A stretch of 64,000 nucleotides of DNA from Phoronis australis (Eukaryota > Animalia > Phoronida), in assembly GCA_002633005.1 (NCBI GenBank), contig NMRA01000094.1, positions 304,652 to 368,651 on the forward strand, given 5' to 3'. This document shows positions 60,501 to 64,000 of the stretch, in pieces. Every line of letters begins with the position of its first letter. Position 1 is the first letter of the stretch. Both the position numbers and the translations under genes were made by a program. The notes beneath the pieces were generated by a model. It was not told the origin of the DNA. It did no database searches and saw nothing but the letters and a program-made list of their open reading frames with translations.

Positions 60501-62884
60501 TTAAGTTTTGTGGTACAACTATCATTTGACATTTTAAAAAAATGTGGGCATTCGCAACAATGTTTTAACATTTAAAAATGCTTTTAAGAAGGGAAATTAC
60601 GTTTGTCAAAATTGGTGGTATTTTACCATACTTAGGCTGCTGTGTTGTTATGCTGTATTGTTATGCTGTGTTGTTATGCTTGTTAGCTTAAATGTGTGTT
60701 ATTAGTTACGTGACTGTGTACTCTGTGCTACCTACCCTGTTGATATTCTTAGTTTAAATGTGTGTTATAAGTTACCTGTGTACTGTGTGCTACCTATGGT
60801 GTTGATATTAGTTACCTGTGTACTCTGTGCTACCTAGGTGTTGATATTCTTCTTAGATTAAATGTGTGTTATTAGTATGTGTATTGTGTTCTACCTGTGG
60901 TGTTGTTATAAGTTACCTGTGTACTGTGTGCTACCTATGGTGTTGATATTAGTTACCTGTGTACTCTGTGCTACCTAGGTGTTGATATTCTTCTTAGATT
61001 AAATGTGTGTTATTAGTATTTGTATTGTGTTCTACCTGTGGTGTTGTTATTAGTTACCTGTGTACTATGTGCTATCTTGCCAAGCCATAACTGACTAAAG
61101 CATGAATCACTGGCACTATAAGCTGATCAGCATGATGCATATTGTGTCGGAAATATTTCAAATTGTTTTCCATACAGAACGCTTTCAAAGTTATCTCAAT
61201 TATCTCAGCACTGAAAGAACATAACATGATTTAGGAAACGCACTGTTTTGTTTTCAATGGCACACCAAAACAGTGGATGCTCAAGAGAACAAAATCTGAA
61301 AGTGGAGTTCACTTACCTCTCCGTAATGATAATTCATAACCTACCATGTGGCTCAGACTAATCACTCATGCATCCAATGCAAACAAAATAATTATCAAAT
61401 GAAGATGCAAATATGTAAAATATAATATGAAGACAATTGAATAAGTCACCACAAATGGCCTTCCTTATTTCTTCAGCTTTGTTTTGGTGAAATAAAAAAC
61501 ACATAGTATGCCCTAAGCATGGGCAGAATATCAAAACAACACATAGTATGCCCTAACCCTCGGCAGAATATCAAAACAACACATAGTATGCCCTAAGCAT
61601 AGGCAGAATATCAAAACAACACATAGTATGCCCTAACCCTCGGCAGAATATCAAAACAACACATAGTATGCCCTAAGCATGGGCAGAATATCAAAACAAC
61701 ACATAGTATGCCCTAAGCATGGGCAGAATATCAAAACAACACATAGTATGCCCTAAGCATGGGCAGAATATCAAAACAAAATTGAAACACTTCAGTCACC
61801 AGGTAGTAAGAACTATCATCCATGAGTCGACTTACGTAGAACTGCCAAAGAACATGTCATGGAAATCGACATGTTTTGAATCTACTCAAAAATAGTAGGC
61901 CTCCTATAGCTTACCAAGTAAATGACACCAATGCTGAACTCGTCGCTATGAGAAAAATACTAATTACGGTTGGATTTGTATTCCTTAAAAGGCCGTTCTT
62001 AACGGAGTTTAAGTCAGTAACGAATCATTTGACAAATGAATATCTTCCAACTGTACGTGGTCGTTGCTTACTGGCAATGATCACAGGCAATGTTCACAGG
62101 GCAATGATCACAGGCAGTGATCACAGGCAGTGATCACAGGCAGTGATCACAGGCAGTGATCACAGGCAGGCAGTGATCACAGGCAGTAATCACAGGCAGC
62201 CTAATTCTTACCAATATTGCACATTACAAGCCACTGTGCGTTTTTCCCGCGTTGATTAAGAGGTCACGAACCCCCTAACCACCTCATTATGGACACCAAT
62301 TACGTGTCAGACCTTTCATGGGGGTTTGTTGACAATGCAACCCTTATGAAACAATTTTATAACAATGACGCCACTATTTGAATGCGTATAAATCACTATG
62401 AAAAATTGTAAAATAATTTGATCCTTAAAAGATTGGGTAACCTCTGCAATGAATCCAGTGATTTCTAAGTGTGTCCAGTGGACAAAATTACAAACAAAAA
62501 ATGCCGATGTGGATGTAGGATTGACAATTATGTGGAGGTAGGACTGACGAAGATGTGGACAGAGGACTGACAATAATATGGACGTAGGACTGACAATGAT
62601 GTGGACGTTGGACTGACAATGTGTAACAGATGGAGAGACGAGAAAGATCAGAAATTCAAATTTTTTTTGAAGATTTATTTACCTCCAAGGATTAATTTGA
62701 AAGTTTGAGGAACTATTTTTGATAATGATATGATATATACCAAAATAATGCAGTACCTTCCTTTTTTATAAGCAGACAGGAATAGCATCGGAAAATGAAA
62801 TGTCACAATGACTTACCAGTCACTTCAAGCTGTATCTCAGGTGTGGTGTCTGTTGTGTCATCTTTTTTCCATTTCAATTTACAT
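18536..62884 (-). CDS. VPS13D: Vacuolar protein sorting 13D (VPS13D), C-terminal part; the gene continues beyond the right edge of the window. Coding exons (high to low): 62817-62884, 48041-48152, 47008-47154, 45424-45541, 44870-45004, 44244-44391, 43058-43265, 42319-42544, 41965-42144, 41461-41627, 40337-40468, 39497-39641 (duplicate 38781-38925), 38138-38313, 37569-37692, 36984-37213, 36373-36484, 33220-33444, 31069-31302, 30525-30653, 30016-30165, 28752-28889, 27418-27554, 26374-26555, 25811-26052, 25189-25392, 23754-24007, 19793-19956, 19191-19294, 18536-18616
   Basis: Exon translations match recalled VPS13D motifs in colinear order: RRDPFIPYSLRNETGC, PISVDKVGTYF, RKVITVRSALMV, SAPFWLVNKSGLPLLFRQD, EEHEVARS, EPGKRSQLWRMT, PGSGLLSVKVVPDGPTRVLQI, SQAAKILGSVDFLG, NVTHGVSNSAAK, GLGKGVVDTFTKPIAGVLDFAS, YSDLYHC, ILYAKSLYDE. 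Boundaries are GT-AG and phases are consistent. The 47154 acceptor has an in-frame alternative at 47175. Confidence 0.93.
18723..19110 (+). repeat. Dispersed repeat; second copy at ~51257-51640
   Basis: Shared colinear blocks ctaattccttatctct, tgtccagtaagtatc, tgcatgatgc, tgcaaaggtca, acattagca, atgcaaa(t/c)acatc. Confidence 0.65.
19530..19830. repeat. 50-bp tandem repeat (~6 copies) spanning a VPS13D exon 3' end and its splice donor
   Basis: Unit acctccatcaatgtatctgcagtgatacaggtctgagtaagtgaatacat at 19591, 19641, 19691, 19741 and 19791. Confidence 0.95.
20155..22058 (-). mobile_element. HINE family A, older diverged copy
   Basis: Reverse-complement termini aacaagaacaatgcagagcgttgaaatgcg ... 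gagatgacggcaatatgc...gcataaaaa; repeated gccactagggggc units. Confidence 0.7.
24080..24298. repeat. 42-bp minisatellite x5
   Basis: ggcccaattgtaaatgtccaacgacacatacttttatacaca in tandem. Confidence 0.95.
24418..24945. repeat. 33-bp minisatellite x16
   Basis: atgaagttgcacagagcaggatgggtgtataat, near-perfect tandem copies. Confidence 0.97.
26680..26980. repeat. Degenerate ~24-bp minisatellite (tagtggctatgtggctctactcca)
   Basis: Tandem degenerate copies. Confidence 0.75.
27830..28220. repeat. 18-bp minisatellite (cacctagtaagaccgcgt / cacctagtaacactgtgt)
   Basis: About 20 tandem copies. Confidence 0.9.
31606..33073. mobile_element. Tc1/mariner-pogo-like non-autonomous element with an internal 39-bp minisatellite (~31885-32085)
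   Basis: TIRs ccgtattcaccctaataag / cttattagggcaaatacag, flanked by TA dinucleotides (31604-31605, 33074-33075). Confidence 0.65.
34098..34278 (+). mobile_element. L1/Tx1-clade non-LTR retrotransposon ORF2 fragment, truncated at an N
   Basis: Translation ...KLRGLMTRSRARWIEEGEKPSKYFLHLE matches the conserved L1/Tx1 ORF2 linker motif RSRARW.EEGEK.(S/T)KYF..LE. Confidence 0.8.
34855..35165. mobile_element. Short MITE (hAT-like TIRs)
   Basis: TIRs ca(t/g)tggcggatttagg / cctaaatccgcctatg. The duplicate copy starting at ~33935 is interrupted by the Tx1 fragment. A related small element lies at ~35790-35949. Confidence 0.55.
36490..36820. repeat. 54-bp minisatellite abutting a VPS13D splice acceptor
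   Basis: gtacacaccatcaacatgttgacactcaacttacaaagtcatcatgcaatacaa x6. Confidence 0.92.
40020..40405. repeat. 92-bp tandem repeat (~4 copies) of a VPS13D exon 3' end plus donor
   Basis: ctaaccattcaggtctgttagagtc recurs at 40056, 40148, 40240 and 40332. Confidence 0.95.
43335..43572. repeat. 21-bp minisatellite (gtactgcataactatatatca-like)
   Basis: About 11 degenerate copies. Confidence 0.85.
43673..43987. repeat. 45-bp minisatellite x7
   Basis: aagtcatatctgaatcaggtaatggcacataactgtgtttcacac in tandem. Confidence 0.95.
45680..46471 (-). mobile_element. HINE family A, 3'-truncated copy highly similar to 7730-8300
   Basis: Reverse complement of the family A 5' end (tgcgtccacaaaatatgtgggcgcataaaaa) and its internal units. 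Confidence 0.75.
46767..46961. repeat. 33-bp minisatellite x6
   Basis: gtgagatatgatgttgacaatgtagccaaatgt in tandem. Confidence 0.95.
50820..51242 (-). mobile_element. HINE family A, truncated copy
   Basis: Ends in cacccacatataaatatgtgggcgcataaaaa; contains ccactagggggcac units. Confidence 0.7.
51778..52269. mobile_element. Foldback (near-palindromic) MITE
   Basis: TIRs caaggtacctaaactaca / tgtagtttaggtaccttg; the ~200-bp arms are reverse complements. Confidence 0.8.
53168..53818. mobile_element. Decayed THAP-associated DNA transposon remnant (Kolobok-like)
   Basis: Two convergent THAP-like starts, MPHCCCVPGCTHY (+, 53177) and MPHCCCLPGCTHY (-, 53550). The minus ORF continues KFIVDLSEVLELFRRCQVCG. 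Right end cctttaa (TTAA-type terminus). N at ~53127. Confidence 0.5.
54362..55993. mobile_element. Non-autonomous DNA transposon with ~180-bp TIRs and an internal 44-bp minisatellite (55443-55650)
   Basis: acacgggtgagaaacaacatgact... / ...gtcatgttggttctcacccgtgt; subterminal repeats ccggggactgaacatgac; candidate 3-bp TSD gtc on both sides. Confidence 0.75.
58860..60395 (+). CDS. Membrane-anchored HHxxxDG acyltransferase (alcohol acetyltransferase / PapA5 / condensation-domain-like), uninterrupted CDS of ~511 aa, nested antisense in a VPS13D intron
   Basis: Longest ORF in the window (58800..60395; first good ATG at 58860, just after an acceptor-like ttttggattgcag at ~58816-58828). N-terminal hydrophobic helix VVVLGLTPLLLLAVLVGFVTGTTIFFL, then LAERHPLLNARI, GPLWRV, catalytic FHHSISDG, KCHANCVTVHGALTAA and ISMSNMG. 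This motif order is typical of CAT-fold CoA-dependent acyltransferases. Confidence 0.85.
   Translation: MDEREVVVLGLTPLLLLAVLVGFVTGTTIFFLTRLFAERSIAAGSRRQSIYHKPGVIRPLLPNEIMTELLEDVVFIVFVESKHEIPGGTIYPALRNLAERHPLLNARIVTDTTMTNKECRYFEEITENKSIDFEDIRTQPWEEVLRDLTVDKIDSSSGPLWRVRFVTVHGSHNISTDSTLPKLHKYALILNFHHSISDGACLPDLCSTLIKDVDTLLSGGDIDSYSPRQMVHIERLPIELRRPAKWRESLSLYIQLMKDQLFGTKNVYLESFPPREHESPAHTKVIDFHLPTEETEQLKLKCHANCVTVHGALTAAAVMAIYKLCETKKARSLTMHTMHAINIRNQCRPPVSNTDLGSLFTGVFIDLSVTPHQDFWTLAQTVANDLHSRIKAKKHLKLQSAIISLMTKMSYDKRVEMMLADDVQKRKVCISMSNMGVIEDLFQYSNIDVTKFLGCTAEHRLPIGSVFGNVIATFRGQLNWTVSYHTNITSEAEAMNYRDVIKETLLEAIQN
60690..61075. repeat. Compound minisatellite (agttacctgtgtactgtgtgctacct...) downstream of the acyltransferase stop
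   Basis: Higher-order tandem copies. Confidence 0.8.
61498..61778. repeat. 40-bp minisatellite x7
   Basis: acatagtatgccctaagcatgggcagaatatcaaaacaac in tandem. Confidence 0.95.
62073..62200. repeat. 13-bp minisatellite (tgatcacaggcag)
   Basis: About 9 copies. Confidence 0.9.
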
Positions 62885-63812
62885 CTGTAATTATCAAAAT
62901 TTCACTAGTAATCAAATTAGTGTCTTCTTCACATCATTCTATTCCAACTAATATTTTCAAAATATTGAGGATCACAAACCCCATGCCTATCTGTGTATCA
63001 CCATGTCACAAATTTGCCAAACTTGTAAAACATTGTGTTTCAGAAACATTGAGAAATAGATCAAGACAAGACAACCTTCAGCCTGCATGACAATGTAATC
63101 AAAAGGTGATTAGTACGTGGTTTTCAATACTTAGTGCAGGCTAATATACTTTAGTACACTGATGCCTTTTTTATTACAATCAACAAAACACCGCCATCTC
63201 TAGAGTGCCTGGCGTACACTGCAATAATTTAACATCTGATTCTAGTTTCCATTCTTGCTTTCCATATCACCTTGACTCAGTTTCTTGACTCAGTCTTATC
63301 CAAGGTCAATGTTCTTAACACTGCTAAACCCAAAACAACAACAGACAGTGAATCCCATTAATACAGAAGTCTGTGATAGAATGTGTTATATCCATTAAGG
63401 TTGAAGAGGATGACCTTAAATAGACCTGATGGCAACACACATACTAACACAGATAGTAACACAAGTCAAGTGTTTACACAGACACATCAGTGGACAGTAA
63501 AGACTACACAGACTGTCAATCACAGCAAATATGTGTAGAATAGGCTGGCTGCAAGGCTAGGCTTCCACTGCTTATACTAATGGAACAGTTAACAGTCAAG
63601 CTTGACATTTACAGCTGTTACACATCTACTGTTGTTCAGTCAAGTTTGACATTTACAACAATAGTATTGCTTACAGTCAAGTTTGACATTTACAACAATA
63701 GTATTGCTTACAGTCAAGTTTGATATTTACAACACTATTACATTATTTACAGTAAAGTTGTTACACTACTATTGTTTAGTCAAGTTTGATATTTACAACA
63801 CTACACAAAGTA

Positions 63813-64000
63813 TACACCTGAAGACCTATGAAAATACAGAGGTCAATGTAAAATGCTAAAATTGCCATTAGAGGCATACCGGTAGTCAGAATCAACCTAA
63901 AGTCGTCATCGTCCGTTGTCAACATCACATAAATACACTTGCTAAATTTAGTAAAGATCCTGCAAACGGTTTGGGAGATACAGCCATGGGCGCAAAAAAA
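63813..64000 (-). mobile_element. HINE family A partial copy running off the window edge
   Basis: Reverse complement of ~8260-8480. Confidence 0.7.

Overview
Intron-rich, AT-rich eukaryotic DNA, most consistent with a bilaterian invertebrate (possibly a lophotrochozoan; the taxon is an inference). Three protein-coding loci are supported. (1) A complete 5-exon ZC4H2 gene on + (2400..12827). (2) The 3' portion (29 coding exons traced by hand) of VPS13D on - (62884 down to the stop at 18536), convergent with ZC4H2. (3) An ORF with an uninterrupted coding sequence on + (58860..60395), encoding a membrane-anchored HHxxxDG acyltransferase (AATase/PapA5/condensation-like), nested antisense in a ~14.7-kb VPS13D intron. 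The introns hold many non-autonomous DNA transposons (two Helentron/HINE-like families, Harbinger-, pogo- and MULE-like MITEs, decayed Sola2- and Kolobok/THAP-like transposases, a Tx1/L1 fragment) and many minisatellites. The most notable signals are the nested acyltransferase, a HINE family carrying ~140-150-bp-spaced arrays of CTCF-like motifs, and tandem duplications of exon/intron boundaries, two of which create in-frame AG-microexon-GT units. Two exon-containing duplications adjoin single Ns and are probably uncollapsed haplotypes. All family assignments come from recalled motifs, not database searches.
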